From: Candidatus Anstonellales archaeon | Lineage (GTDB): Archaea > Micrarchaeota > Micrarchaeia > Anstonellales > J096 | Reading direction: 5' to 3' | NCBI GenBank assembly: GCA_038896535.1 | Contig: JAWACY010000001.1 | Coordinates: 32,001-96,000, forward strand | Length of the DNA stretch: 64,000 bases | The notes under the pieces: model-generated | Seen by the model: the letters and a program-made list of their open reading frames with translations, nothing else | What the model was told of the DNA's origin: nothing | Database searches by the model: none | Part shown: positions 1 to 9,985 of the stretch, one piece after another | Layout of the letters: each line of letters starts with the position of its first letter | Numbering within the stretch: position 1 is the first letter of the stretch | Program-made: the position numbers and the translations under genes

Positions 1-91
1 ACCCCTGCTATATACAAGTATAAACATTTTTGCATTTTTGCAATTCCTAATAAATATATAGTAATAGAATATATAAATATTCTCATAAAAC

Positions 92-1099
92 CTAATAAAA
101 CATCAAAAATGCATTGTCATCATTTGAGAGTTTCCTTATATTCTCAACTGTAGGCTTAAATCCTGCTTCCAATGGGCAGGTTGATATAGAAAATGATGTA
201 TTTATATTATATTCATAAATCCTCAAATCATAGACTTTAATGAGTTTTTGATTTGCCCTTTTACCATTCATTAATTGCATGTTGCTTCCTAATCTTTCAG
301 CCTCATTTCCTATATGCAACGGCATTTTCCCACTATAAACAAACATGTCTCCTGCAATAAATAATGTGGAACATGCTGGTTTTTTTATACCAATTGCAAC
401 ACATGCATGGTTTGGAAATATTTTTTCGCTTTGTTTTTCAATAAAATGCATTATATGATTTTTCTCTGGTTCTTGTTTGAATGTATTTGCAAAATCATTT
501 ATTATGGAATCTGCAATAAGTGTCTTCCCATATCCTTTTGCAATAGCGAATATTAAGGAGCCATGTTTTTTCAATTCTCTCATAAATACTGATACATTTG
601 CCCCTTGCTTTGTTTTTCTTTTTTTCTTAATTCCATATGCGATAAATCCTAAAAAATCATCTGAAATCTTATCATATGTTTTAATATTTTTCCCGTATAT
701 AACAAAATCCTGTATCTCCAATGGCACAATGCCAGAAAGTTTAAACAAATACGGTTGAACTTTAAGCCTGAACTCCTGCCTTAAAAAATGTGATTGCTGA
801 GAATTCCAAACATTATTAACTTGTAGTGATGCTATTTTCATTAGTAGGCTTGTTTCAAATGTTTTTGGATGAGATGAAAAGCTTCTTGCAGCCAAAAGAA
901 TATTCTCCCTATTGATTTGTGACATAGGATTAAGGCCATTCATTAATGCAGTCATAACACACATATGAAAATCAGATAAAATGCTGGAAAAATAAACCTC
1001 TTCCTTGTCTTCTAAAACTGGCTTTTGATCCTTAAATAAATTCTCCTGTTTTTCATAATAATAGATACTGCTGTTAAACTTTGATTTTTGGGGGGACAT
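92..1099 (-). CDS. Hypothetical protein; C-terminal half resembles a degenerate PP2C/PPM phosphatase fold
   Basis: 335-aa ORF; motif order IFAIAKGYG ... IAGDMFVY ... SISTCPL ... DDNAFLM parallels PP2C LFAVADGMG ... AGDSRxY ... LCSDGL ... DDNxT. Confidence 0.4.
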   Translation of the reverse strand: MSPQKSKFNSSIYYYEKQENLFKDQKPVLEDKEEVYFSSILSDFHMCVMTALMNGLNPMSQINRENILLAARSFSSHPKTFETSLLMKIASLQVNNVWNSQQSHFLRQEFRLKVQPYLFKLSGIVPLEIQDFVIYGKNIKTYDKISDDFLGFIAYGIKKKRKTKQGANVSVFMRELKKHGSLIFAIAKGYGKTLIADSIINDFANTFKQEPEKNHIMHFIEKQSEKIFPNHACVAIGIKKPACSTLFIAGDMFVYSGKMPLHIGNEAERLGSNMQLMNGKRANQKLIKVYDLRIYEYNINTSFSISTCPLEAGFKPTVENIRKLSNDDNAFLMFY

Positions 1100-1149
1100 G
1101 TTAAAAATATGAGAGAAAAATTTATAAATGTTTATACATTGTTTTAAAT

Positions 1150-1934
1150 ATGTCTTCTACAGATATTAAAGAAATCATACAAAATAGCTTATTTACTCTC
1201 CTTTATCTTATTTAGTTATTTCAATTATCATTAATATAAGAAATTTCAATGATGCTGTAAAATTAACGAACACTGGTTTTGTATTATATACATTTTCTTG
1301 TTTCATTTCAAGTTATTACGCTTATATTTATAGAAAGACAATGAACGCACTTGATAAACATGCATATTTGTTTTTCAGCATAGGCCTTTTTCTTGTATTC
1401 ATGGCACATGCATTATGGGCTTATTACATTATAATAGGGACAAATCCATCAGGGGTTTCTTATGCTGATTTCTTTTGGCTTGCATCTTATACATTTTTCT
1501 TTACTGGGGCAATAAAACTCATAAGCGCGTATAGTGTAAAGATAAACCAAACAAACATGATTACTATATTATTTATTTTACTTGCTATTTATATTGCTTA
1601 TTCAATTTTAAACAATTTTAGTTTAGGTGACTTTGTAAATGCCATTTATCCTTTATTAAACACTTACTTATTATTCTTGACTTTTAATATCATTTCAACA
1701 TTTAAAAAAATAAATATATTGACAACGCCTTACTTATATTTAAGCGCTGGCCTTGTTTTATTCTCAATGGCATCATTAATACAAGCGCTCCTATTTTTAG
1801 CAAGAAAAGATATTTTACATGGTTATGAAGCAGGCATTGCAAACACAATGTTTGGTATTGGCTATTTAATAACAATGTTTGCGTTTATGAAAATACAAAA
1901 CACTTCAATAAGTATGGGAAAAACAAGAAAGTAA
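1150..1934 (+). pseudogene. Multi-TM membrane protein, paralogue of 1976..2806, apparently frameshifted near the 5' end (ORF track calls only 1341..1934)
   Basis: ATG 1150 reads MSSTDIKEIIQNSLFTLLYLI then TAG at 1213-1215; the frame of the 1341 ORF is open from 1188; joined product ~260 aa; SYADFFWLASY and IYPLLN match TLADLFWLLGS and LYPVFD of the neighbour. Confidence 0.55.
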
Positions 1935-1975
1935 GATTTTTAAATACATAAAAGAAAATAAAAAAGTGATATCTT

Positions 1976-2806
1976 ATGAGAATGAAAGAAAACGGATATC
2001 TCGCTCTTAAGATATTTGGTATAGCCTCATTACTTTTATTTGTTGGCATGATATTAATTCAATATTCTCCCATACAAGATGATTTAAAAAACAAGTTCAG
2101 AAATATCTCTTTTCTTGTTTTTGCATTTTTTGCCTTATATGGAAGTTATATTTTTTATAAATTAAAGGAATCGATAAGTGCAAGAGATAAAATATGCCTT
2201 TATTTCATATTTCTTGGCTTGTTCATGTTTTTTGTTGCTGAATCTATATGGAGTTTTTATGTAGCAATACTAAACATCGACCCCTCGCTAAATCTAACTC
2301 TTGCTGATCTGTTCTGGCTTCTTGGCTCATTGTTGCTGGCATATGGATTTTTTAAAATGCAGATGCTTCATACTATATATTTTAGCGAAAGGATGATTTT
2401 AACAATAACAGCGGCTGCTCTCATCTTGGCATTTATATTAATCTTTGCTTCAAATGAAATAAATGATATACAAACAATGGTAAATTCCTTATATCCCGTA
2501 TTTGATTTCGTTATAGCAATCCAAACAAGCTTGATATTTTATTCTTTCAGAAAGAAAAATATCTTCACATCTCATTATTTAATACTTGCTGCCGGCTTTT
2601 TTATCATGTTTGCATCTGATTTTCTTTATTATATCATATCTTCACAACTGGGAGAAAGCTTAATAACATCAAACATTGCAGTTTTATCTGATTTTCTTTA
2701 TGCTCTTTCATATATTGTTATCGGCTTGGCATTCTTAACTGGTATAGAGTCCCATGAATTTATGAATAAATTTATGGATAAGTTAATAAGTAAGGAACTA
2801 GAATAA
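1976..2806 (+). CDS. Multi-TM membrane protein resembling stand-alone membrane sensor domains
   Basis: 276 aa, about 8 hydrophobic segments, AESIW...PS...ADLFWLLG and YPVFD motifs; no cytoplasmic output domain. Confidence 0.55.
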   Translation: MRMKENGYLALKIFGIASLLLFVGMILIQYSPIQDDLKNKFRNISFLVFAFFALYGSYIFYKLKESISARDKICLYFIFLGLFMFFVAESIWSFYVAILNIDPSLNLTLADLFWLLGSLLLAYGFFKMQMLHTIYFSERMILTITAAALILAFILIFASNEINDIQTMVNSLYPVFDFVIAIQTSLIFYSFRKKNIFTSHYLILAAGFFIMFASDFLYYIISSQLGESLITSNIAVLSDFLYALSYIVIGLAFLTGIESHEFMNKFMDKLISKELE

Positions 2807-2839
2807 GGATTTTAAATTATTTGCTATAATTAATAAAAT

Positions 2840-3217
2840 ATGATACTAAATATCAGTACAAAAGATGGAAAAAGTTATAGAGTAGAAGTACAAAAGCCAG
2901 AAGTTTTATACGGAAAAAAAATAGGAGAAAGTTTTTCTGGTAATATTATTGGCCTAACTGGGTATGAATTTCTTATTACTGGTGGCAGTGATTTAAGCGG
3001 TTTTCCTATGAAGCGGGAAATACAGGGAAACAGAAAACTAAGGATAATGACAAAAAAAAGCGTGGGAGCAAGATTAAAAAAAGGCGAAATGAAAAGAAAG
3101 GTTTTTAGAGGAAACACAATAAATGCTGATATAGTACAAGTTAATGTGGTAGTAACAAAAAACGGCAATGAAGAATTAGAAAAATTTGCAAAAAAAGCAG
3201 AGAAGAAGGCAAAGTGA
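2840..3217 (+). CDS. rps6e: 30S ribosomal protein S6e
   Basis: GKKIGE..G..IGL.GY...ITGGSDLSGFPM, RK..RGNTI..DIVQVN. Confidence 0.95.
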   Translation: MILNISTKDGKSYRVEVQKPEVLYGKKIGESFSGNIIGLTGYEFLITGGSDLSGFPMKREIQGNRKLRIMTKKSVGARLKKGEMKRKVFRGNTINADIVQVNVVVTKNGNEELEKFAKKAEKKAK

Positions 3218-3222
3218 ATTAA

Positions 3223-4395
3223 ATGGAATCTGTAATCATAAATATGCTTGGGCACGTAGATCATGGCAAAACAACACTAACAAAGGCATTAACAGGAAAA
3301 TGGACAGATACATTTAAGGAAGAAGCAATAAGAGGAATAAGCATAAAGCTTGGATATGCTGATATGGGCATTTATGAATTCAAAGATGGTTATTGGAAAG
3401 AAGAAAAAAAAGGGAATGAAAATGGAAAACTCGTTAAAATTGTATCAGTACTTGACAGCCCAGGGCATGAGTCACTGATGGCAACAGCAATATCAGCAAG
3501 TTCAGTAATTGATGGGGCCCTGCTTTTAATTGCCGCTAATGAGCAGTGCCCACAAGAACAAACAAAAGAGCATCTGGCAATACTCGAATTGTTGAAAATA
3601 AATAATGTAATAATAGTACAAACAAAAATAGATGTGGTATCAAAGCAAAGAGCAATTGAAAGTTATAAAGAAATAAAGGCATTTGTTAAAGGCACAATAG
3701 CAGAAAATGCTCCAATAATTCCAGTATCGGCTACATATAATATTAATATTGACAAACTCATAGAAGCAATTGCAAAACACATAAAGCCAAGGCAAAAAGA
3801 AGAATATAAAATAAGTCCTTTATTTTATGCATTGAGAACATTTGACATAAATAAGCCAGGCACACATATAAAGGATCTTGTTGGGGGGGTTTTTGGTGGC
3901 GTTGTTGCATCTGGCTCTTTTAAAGTGAATGACGAAATCATTGTTGCTCCTTTTCCTGAAAAAAAAGACCATATCATTGAAACGTATATAAAAAGCATAA
4001 GGGGTTATGACGGCTATTATGAAGAAGCAAAGCCCGGCATAACATTAGCTATAGCAACTGGCCTTGATCCTGCATTAACAAAGGCTGACAGACTTGCAGG
4101 ATCAATTATAACATTAAAGGAAAATAAAGATAAGATAAAAATCACTGATGAAATATACTTTAATTATGAATTGCTACAAAGGCACGACATTCCAAATGTC
4201 CCAATAAGAGAAAATGAAATCTTGCTTATTAATATAGCACACACAACAAATGCGTGCACTGTTATGAATGTTAAAAAAGGCATAGTCAATGTCAAGCTAA
4301 AAAGGCCTATCGTTTATTTACAAAATCAAAAAATAGCAATACAAAGAAGAATAGGTCAAAGATGGAGGCTTGCTGGAATTGGTAAAGTTATCTAG
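3223..4395 (+). CDS. eif2g: Translation initiation factor 2 gamma subunit (aIF2-gamma)
   Basis: GHVDHGKTTL, RGISIKLGYA, DSPGHE, QTKEH, RTFDINKPG, C-terminal RWRLAGIG; follows rps6e as in other archaea. Confidence 0.95.
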   Translation: MESVIINMLGHVDHGKTTLTKALTGKWTDTFKEEAIRGISIKLGYADMGIYEFKDGYWKEEKKGNENGKLVKIVSVLDSPGHESLMATAISASSVIDGALLLIAANEQCPQEQTKEHLAILELLKINNVIIVQTKIDVVSKQRAIESYKEIKAFVKGTIAENAPIIPVSATYNINIDKLIEAIAKHIKPRQKEEYKISPLFYALRTFDINKPGTHIKDLVGGVFGGVVASGSFKVNDEIIVAPFPEKKDHIIETYIKSIRGYDGYYEEAKPGITLAIATGLDPALTKADRLAGSIITLKENKDKIKITDEIYFNYELLQRHDIPNVPIRENEILLINIAHTTNACTVMNVKKGIVNVKLKRPIVYLQNQKIAIQRRIGQRWRLAGIGKVI

Positions 4396-4717
4396 CCTTT
4401 ATAAAATAACGCTTTTGCTCTTCAATGTTCTTTTTTATCATCCAGCTGAATAATGCTTTTATCATTTTTTCATCTCTTTTTGTTTTTATTATACCTTTTT
4501 TCTTTGATAAAGTCATTGCATTTTTTATAACGTCTTTTTCTCTTTTCCTGTCTCTTATCTGCATTCCAATTTTTATTTTTGCTTTTGCCACCTTTTTTCC
4601 AATATCTATTCTCTTTTTTATTAAATTTATTATGCCATGATCTATTTCGTTTATTGCTCTTCTCAATGCTTTTAATGTTTTTTTATTCATTGCTTTATTT
4701 AACACTTTCATTTTCAA
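4388..4717 (-). CDS. Chorismate mutase (AroQ class), stand-alone
   Basis: LRRAINEIDHGIINLIKKR...VAKAK...IRDRKRE AroQ pattern; overlaps the end of the TyrA-PheA gene. Confidence 0.85.
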   Translation of the reverse strand: MKMKVLNKAMNKKTLKALRRAINEIDHGIINLIKKRIDIGKKVAKAKIKIGMQIRDRKREKDVIKNAMTLSKKKGIIKTKRDEKMIKALFSWMIKKNIEEQKRYFIKAR

Positions 4718-6380
4718 CCTCTACAACAGGATAAGTTCCAAGAAGTTTAAATGATACTTCATTTTTTAATTCATTTTCCATATCATTAAGCATTTTTCCA
4801 TCAATCTTTGCCTCAACATCAATAAAAAATTTATAAACACCAAGTTCTCTTCCAGACGGTCTTGATTCAAGCTTTGACAAATTTATGTTTCTCTTTGCAA
4901 AAACATCCAGCACATCCCTCAAAAGCCCCGGTCTATCTGCTGCTTCTTCTATAACAATGCTCGATTTATATGCTTTTTTATCAACATCTTTTAATTTTAC
5001 ATTACCAATAAGCCAGAATCTTGTCATGTTGTTCCTTTGATTTTCTATGTTTCTTGCTATAATTTCCAGCCCAAGCTTTTTCGCATAATCCTCTCTTATT
5101 ATTGCTGCTGCGTGCTTATTCATATTTTTTATTATGATACTGCCTGCATATGATGTGCTATTTACTTTTATCCATTTCGCATTGGGAAAATGCTCTTTTA
5201 GAAAATTAGAGCATTGTAAAAAAGCTTGCTCGTGCGAATATATAACATTAATAGAACTATGCCCTTTTAATGCTGCCAATGAATGTGATATAGGCAAAAC
5301 AACCTCCATTAAGACTGGCTTGTTAATGTTTTCTATTCCTTCAATTGCTTCTATAATAGTGCCTGTTATTGAGTTTTCTATTGGCAAAAGCATTGCATCG
5401 TAATGGCCATTAATAACATCATATATAGAATTGCATAATACTTTATTTTTTATTCCATCAATGTATGCAAAGGCATGATCACATGCCAAACTTGAGAAAC
5501 TCCCCTCTGGACCAAGTGTCGCTATTTTCAATGAAAGTTCCTCCATTATTAGGCTTGCAGCCCTGTCTGTACGTGATAAAAACAATGCCTTCTTCTTTTC
5601 ATATTCAGCATCATTTAAAAGGCTTTCAAAATGCTTGTCAATGTCTTTTTCAATGTTAGAAATGTGTAATAAAAAGTCTTTTCTTACATTTTTTGCATAA
5701 GGATTAATTTCTTGTAGTTCTGCATAAAGCTTTGGATTTTGCAATGCTATTCTTGAACATATATTCCATAAAAGCTCAAAATTCACTGAACCATATTTTT
5801 CATAATCTATGTGTTGGCGCAAAAATGTATGGCCTGCTAAAGAATAGAAATGCACAAATGCCTGAACATATGAAACAATTTTATCATGTTCATTCTCATC
5901 TCCCAGCTCATAAAACAAGGCTTTTTCATTCAAAAACGCGCTTTTTATTCTCTCATAATAATTACCTTTTTTCAAAGCTATTGAAAGTATTGGAACATTA
6001 TCAAGTTTTTTTATGCTGGGCCCGTGCATCGGATGCATGCTTGCTATCTCATTAACAATGCCTTCTTTCATGAGTTCTCTGAGCACTGGTATAACATGAC
6101 TTTTTACGCTGCAAAAATCAATAACAAGCTGGTTGCTTTTAAAATATGGAAAGCATTGCTTAATGAATGCTGGCATTGCCTTTGCTGATACTGTAAAGAT
6201 ACACACATCAGCTTTTGATATTGCATCTTCAATGCTGGCATAAGAAACAGATAACATATTTGCCTTTTGTTTAGTTTTTTCAATATCCCTCCCTGCTATA
6301 ATGACATCAAAGCCCCTGTCTTTAAAAAATGATGCATAAAAAGAACCAAAATTGCCTGCCCCTATTATTGCAATAAGCAT
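4695..6380 (-). CDS. Fused prephenate dehydrogenase / prephenate dehydratase-ACT (TyrA-PheA)
   Basis: N-terminal IIGAGNFG, DFCSVK, HPMHGP, EHDKIVSYVQ; C-terminal LGPEGSFS, PIENS, SHEQAFLQC, NMTRFW, DRPGLL, SKLESRP; start moved to ATG 6380. Confidence 0.9.
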   Translation of the reverse strand: MLIAIIGAGNFGSFYASFFKDRGFDVIIAGRDIEKTKQKANMLSVSYASIEDAISKADVCIFTVSAKAMPAFIKQCFPYFKSNQLVIDFCSVKSHVIPVLRELMKEGIVNEIASMHPMHGPSIKKLDNVPILSIALKKGNYYERIKSAFLNEKALFYELGDENEHDKIVSYVQAFVHFYSLAGHTFLRQHIDYEKYGSVNFELLWNICSRIALQNPKLYAELQEINPYAKNVRKDFLLHISNIEKDIDKHFESLLNDAEYEKKKALFLSRTDRAASLIMEELSLKIATLGPEGSFSSLACDHAFAYIDGIKNKVLCNSIYDVINGHYDAMLLPIENSITGTIIEAIEGIENINKPVLMEVVLPISHSLAALKGHSSINVIYSHEQAFLQCSNFLKEHFPNAKWIKVNSTSYAGSIIIKNMNKHAAAIIREDYAKKLGLEIIARNIENQRNNMTRFWLIGNVKLKDVDKKAYKSSIVIEEAADRPGLLRDVLDVFAKRNINLSKLESRPSGRELGVYKFFIDVEAKIDGKMLNDMENELKNEVSFKLLGTYPVVEVENESVK

Positions 6381-6403
6381 GATACGATTACAGCTATAAA
6401 ATT

Positions 6404-7222
6404 TTAAATGTTTATTGCAATCCATCCTTTTAGCTTATTGTCATAATGAGAGGGTTTTATACCAGCATTATAGAGCCTTTTTGCTACACTATCCTTTATA
6501 TTTACTCTTCTATTCCTGCCAAAATAACCGGTATAATGAAAAAGCTTTGCTCCTTTTTTCATGTGCCTCTTTAACTTATCATAAAATGCTTGTGAATACA
6601 GTTCCGGGCTGTGACTGAATCTTGGCGGATCATGAATAATATAGTCAAAATCTCCCAAGTCATCTATAAAATGAAAAATATCTCCCTCTATTATTGTTAT
6701 TCTTTTGTTATTAAAAAAATCTTTACTGAATGGGTTTATTCTTGCCAAGCTTATTACCTCTCTGCTTTTCTCAACTGATATAACATTTCCATATTTTGAA
6801 AGCTCAATAGAAACATAACCAAGGCCAGCACAACAATCAAGAATATTTATGTCTCCTTTCCTTATATGCAGTGCTTTTATTATTGCTTTTGCATAATGAA
6901 ATGGCGTTTTCCATTCTTTTATTAAATGCATTCTTAACCCGTCTATTTCCAATATTGGCACTTCATTATATTGCTTTAACGCATAGAGGTGGCCATTTTG
7001 AAATATTCTAAGCGCATAACACATCTCTTGTTTTTTATCATATAGATAGACGTTTTTATCCTTCTTTTTTATTGTGCATTTTTTTGTAATGTTATATAAA
7101 TCTTGGACAAAATGGGCAGTACTCTCATTAAAACGCGTTTTTCCCAAATCTATCGTGTAAATGCCTTTTTTCCAGTAATGCTCTATTACATAATTAGACA
7201 GCAAGATATTTTCTTCCATCAA
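6404..7222 (-). CDS. Archaeal SAM-dependent methyltransferase (COG2521-like)
   Basis: PILEIDGLRMH, LDCCAGLGY, IIHDPPRFS..PELYS..FY, HYTG. Confidence 0.8.
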   Translation of the reverse strand: MMEENILLSNYVIEHYWKKGIYTIDLGKTRFNESTAHFVQDLYNITKKCTIKKKDKNVYLYDKKQEMCYALRIFQNGHLYALKQYNEVPILEIDGLRMHLIKEWKTPFHYAKAIIKALHIRKGDINILDCCAGLGYVSIELSKYGNVISVEKSREVISLARINPFSKDFFNNKRITIIEGDIFHFIDDLGDFDYIIHDPPRFSHSPELYSQAFYDKLKRHMKKGAKLFHYTGYFGRNRRVNIKDSVAKRLYNAGIKPSHYDNKLKGWIAINI

Positions 7223-7267
7223 CTGCAGTTTGGTAAAGGTTTTTAAAAGTTTACATTGAATGCAATC

Positions 7268-7651
7268 ATGGACTTAACAAAAAAACACTGCATTCCCTGT
7301 GAAGGCGGTTTCCCCCCAATGAGCAATAAAGAAGAAAATGAATACATAAAGAAAATAAAGGGATGGACATTAAATAGGAATGGAATACATAAAATAAGTA
7401 AATATTTCGTATTCAAAAATTTTGTTGATGCTATGGCATTTGTAAATAATGTTGCTTTGATTGCTGAACAAGAGGGGCACCATCCTGATATTCATATATC
7501 CTATAATAAAGTATTGATAGAGAGTTATACGCATGCAATAAAGGGGCTGTCTGAAAATGATTTTATACTTGCTGCAAAAATAGATAAAATTGCAGACAAG
7601 AAAAACAAGAATTTGAAAAAAAATAGAAAATTAACAAAAGGGAAAAAATAA
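7268..7651 (+). CDS. phhB: Pterin-4-alpha-carbinolamine dehydratase
   Basis: CIPCEGG, FKNF..AM.FVN.VA.IAE.EGHHPD, THAI.GLSENDFILAAKID. Confidence 0.93.
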   Translation: MDLTKKHCIPCEGGFPPMSNKEENEYIKKIKGWTLNRNGIHKISKYFVFKNFVDAMAFVNNVALIAEQEGHHPDIHISYNKVLIESYTHAIKGLSENDFILAAKIDKIADKKNKNLKKNRKLTKGKK

Positions 7652-7675
7652 AAAATGAAATGCTGATAATAGATT

Positions 7676-9223
7676 ATGAACTACTTATTGGATACATCGA
7701 TTATTATCGACGGAAGGATCATAGAGCTTATTGAAACAAAGGAGATTGAAGGCAACATATACATTACAAAGGCCAGCATAGCCGAGCTAGAACACCAGGC
7801 AAATATGAATAAAGAAACTGGCTTCACTGGTTTTTCTGTAATAGAGAAATTAAAAAGTATGGAAGGTGCCTATAACATAAAAATAGAGATTGTAGGAGAA
7901 AGACCAACAACACAAGATGTCATAAGAGCAAAAGAGACTGGGGCAATAGATGCATCAATAAGAGCAATTGCAAAAAATCTTAATGCTACACTTATAACAG
8001 CAGATAAAGTACAGCATCTTGCAGCCATCGCAGAAGGCATAGCAACAATATATTTAAGATCAAGGGAAAAACCAGAAAAGCCTTTGCTTTTTGAGAAATA
8101 TTTTGATGAACTTACAATGTCTGTTCATATGAAAGAGGACACGCCAATAAAAATTAAGAGGGGCACGCCCGGCAATTGGAAAATGATCGTGCTTGCTGAT
8201 AAACCAACAACACATGAATTAAGAGAGATGTCAGAGCAAATAATAGAGGCAACAAAGAGAAATGTAAATTATTATATAGAAATTGATAAGCCCGGGGCAA
8301 CTGTAATCCAGATGAGAGATTACAGAATTGTAATATCAAAGCCCCCATTTTCTGATGGCTTTGAGATAACGATTGTCAGGCCAATAAAAAAATTAAAACT
8401 TGAAGATTATAAGCTTGACAAATCCCTGCTTGAAAGACTTGATAAAGAAGCAGAAGGTATCATCATTGCTGGCCCGCCAGGCAGCGGCAAAACAACATTC
8501 GCGACAGCACTTGCTGAGTATTATTTAAAAAAGGGGAAGATCGTAAAAACAATGGAAGACCCAAGAGATATGAAAGTATCAGATGAGATAACGCAATATA
8601 CACGGCTTGATGGAACATATGAAAATACAAAAGACATTTTGCTTTTAGTAAGGCCTGATTATGTATTTTTTGATGAAGTGAGAAAAACAGAAGAATTTAA
8701 TGTATACGCAGACCTTAGATTTGCAGGTGTTGGTCTTGTCGGCGTTGTTCATGCAAATAGGGCAATAGATGCAATACAAAGATTCATAAACAGAGTTGAG
8801 CTTGGCGTTATTCCACAAATTGTTGATACAACCATATTTATTTCTGATGGCAAACCAAGTAAAATTTACTTGCTGGAGCACACAATAAAAGTGCCAACAG
8901 GAATGACAGAAAGGGATTTGGCAAGGCCTGTTATAGAAATAAAAGATTTTTACACAAAACAGCTCGAATATGAGATATATAAATTTGGCGAAGAAACAGT
9001 TGTTTTGCCAATAAAGAAATTGCCAAAGATCGACAGGGAAGTAAATAAATTATCTTCATTATTCTCAACATTTTTATCAAGAGATATAAGGGTTGAAAGA
9101 CAAGTGGACAGATTTATTGTTTATTTAACTGCTGATGAGATTAAGAGGTTTTTTAAGAGTTTTAGAAAAAGATTTGAGAGATTAAAAAAGAAATTTGGCG
9201 ACATAGAAATAAGGGAAATGTAA
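7676..9223 (+). CDS. PIN-domain ATPase (PINA family)
   Basis: N-terminal PIN (LDTSIIIDG, AELEHQAN), GPPGSGKTT Walker A, KTMEDPRD, LLLVRPDYVFFDEVR, GVVHA. Confidence 0.92.
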   Translation: MNYLLDTSIIIDGRIIELIETKEIEGNIYITKASIAELEHQANMNKETGFTGFSVIEKLKSMEGAYNIKIEIVGERPTTQDVIRAKETGAIDASIRAIAKNLNATLITADKVQHLAAIAEGIATIYLRSREKPEKPLLFEKYFDELTMSVHMKEDTPIKIKRGTPGNWKMIVLADKPTTHELREMSEQIIEATKRNVNYYIEIDKPGATVIQMRDYRIVISKPPFSDGFEITIVRPIKKLKLEDYKLDKSLLERLDKEAEGIIIAGPPGSGKTTFATALAEYYLKKGKIVKTMEDPRDMKVSDEITQYTRLDGTYENTKDILLLVRPDYVFFDEVRKTEEFNVYADLRFAGVGLVGVVHANRAIDAIQRFINRVELGVIPQIVDTTIFISDGKPSKIYLLEHTIKVPTGMTERDLARPVIEIKDFYTKQLEYEIYKFGEETVVLPIKKLPKIDREVNKLSSLFSTFLSRDIRVERQVDRFIVYLTADEIKRFFKSFRKRFERLKKKFGDIEIREM

Positions 9224-9233
9224 TAGTGGGAAC

Positions 9234-9824
9234 ATGAAAATTTTAAGGTTAAAGGACGAATATGACAAATGCCTAGAAGAAGCAGGAAATGCTTTACTTA
9301 ATAATGAACTCATCGTATACCCAACTGATACTGTTTATGGGCTTGGAGCAATTGCAACACATGAAGAGGCGATAAAAAAAGTCTATGAAGCAAAATCCAG
9401 AGATAAAGAGAAAAAATTAACAGTTATGGTCGGCAATTTACAACAACTTCTGCAGTATTTTTCACCTGAGCCTTTAGAAATAAGATATATTTATAGTTAT
9501 CTTCCAGGCCCTTACACATTCATCATGAAAGCAAAAAAAGAATTAATGCATATTGGGGATGAAGTTGGGGTAAGGGTTATTGATCACTATTTTTGTAGAA
9601 AACTTTGCCTTTATGTGAATGCTCCAATAATAAGCACATCTGCAAATATTAGCGGAAAAGAACCAATAACAATGTTTGAACAGCTTGACAAAGAGCTTGA
9701 GAAATTCGTATCAATAGCAATAGATGGAGGAAAATTAAAATATTCAATGCCATCTACAATAGTGAATATAAGAAAAAAAGAAATTATAAGGCAGGGGGCT
9801 GGCGATTTTAAATGGCTCCATTAG
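9234..9824 (+). CDS. sua5: L-threonylcarbamoyladenylate synthase (short TsaC/YrdC form of Sua5)
   Basis: YPTDTVYGLG, K.R, LPGPYT, STSANISG, PSTIV, IRQGA. Confidence 0.93.
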   Translation: MKILRLKDEYDKCLEEAGNALLNNELIVYPTDTVYGLGAIATHEEAIKKVYEAKSRDKEKKLTVMVGNLQQLLQYFSPEPLEIRYIYSYLPGPYTFIMKAKKELMHIGDEVGVRVIDHYFCRKLCLYVNAPIISTSANISGKEPITMFEQLDKELEKFVSIAIDGGKLKYSMPSTIVNIRKKEIIRQGAGDFKWLH

Positions 9825-9985
9825 TCTTTTTTAGTCTTTTTATTCATCTAAAAGAAGATTGTGTTCAGCTGTGCTTTAATTCTCTATGCAGTAATAAGAT
9901 AAACAAGAGATAAACAAGAATAAGATTAAAGGGCATATATAAAAATGTAGCACCCCCCAAAACCTAATAATACAAGATGAAGATT

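Noticed and set aside
9821..9920. Short tandem duplications (TTAGTCTTTT x2; AGATAAACAAG x2)
   Set aside because: Short, low complexity and compatible with slippage in AT-rich terminator-like DNA
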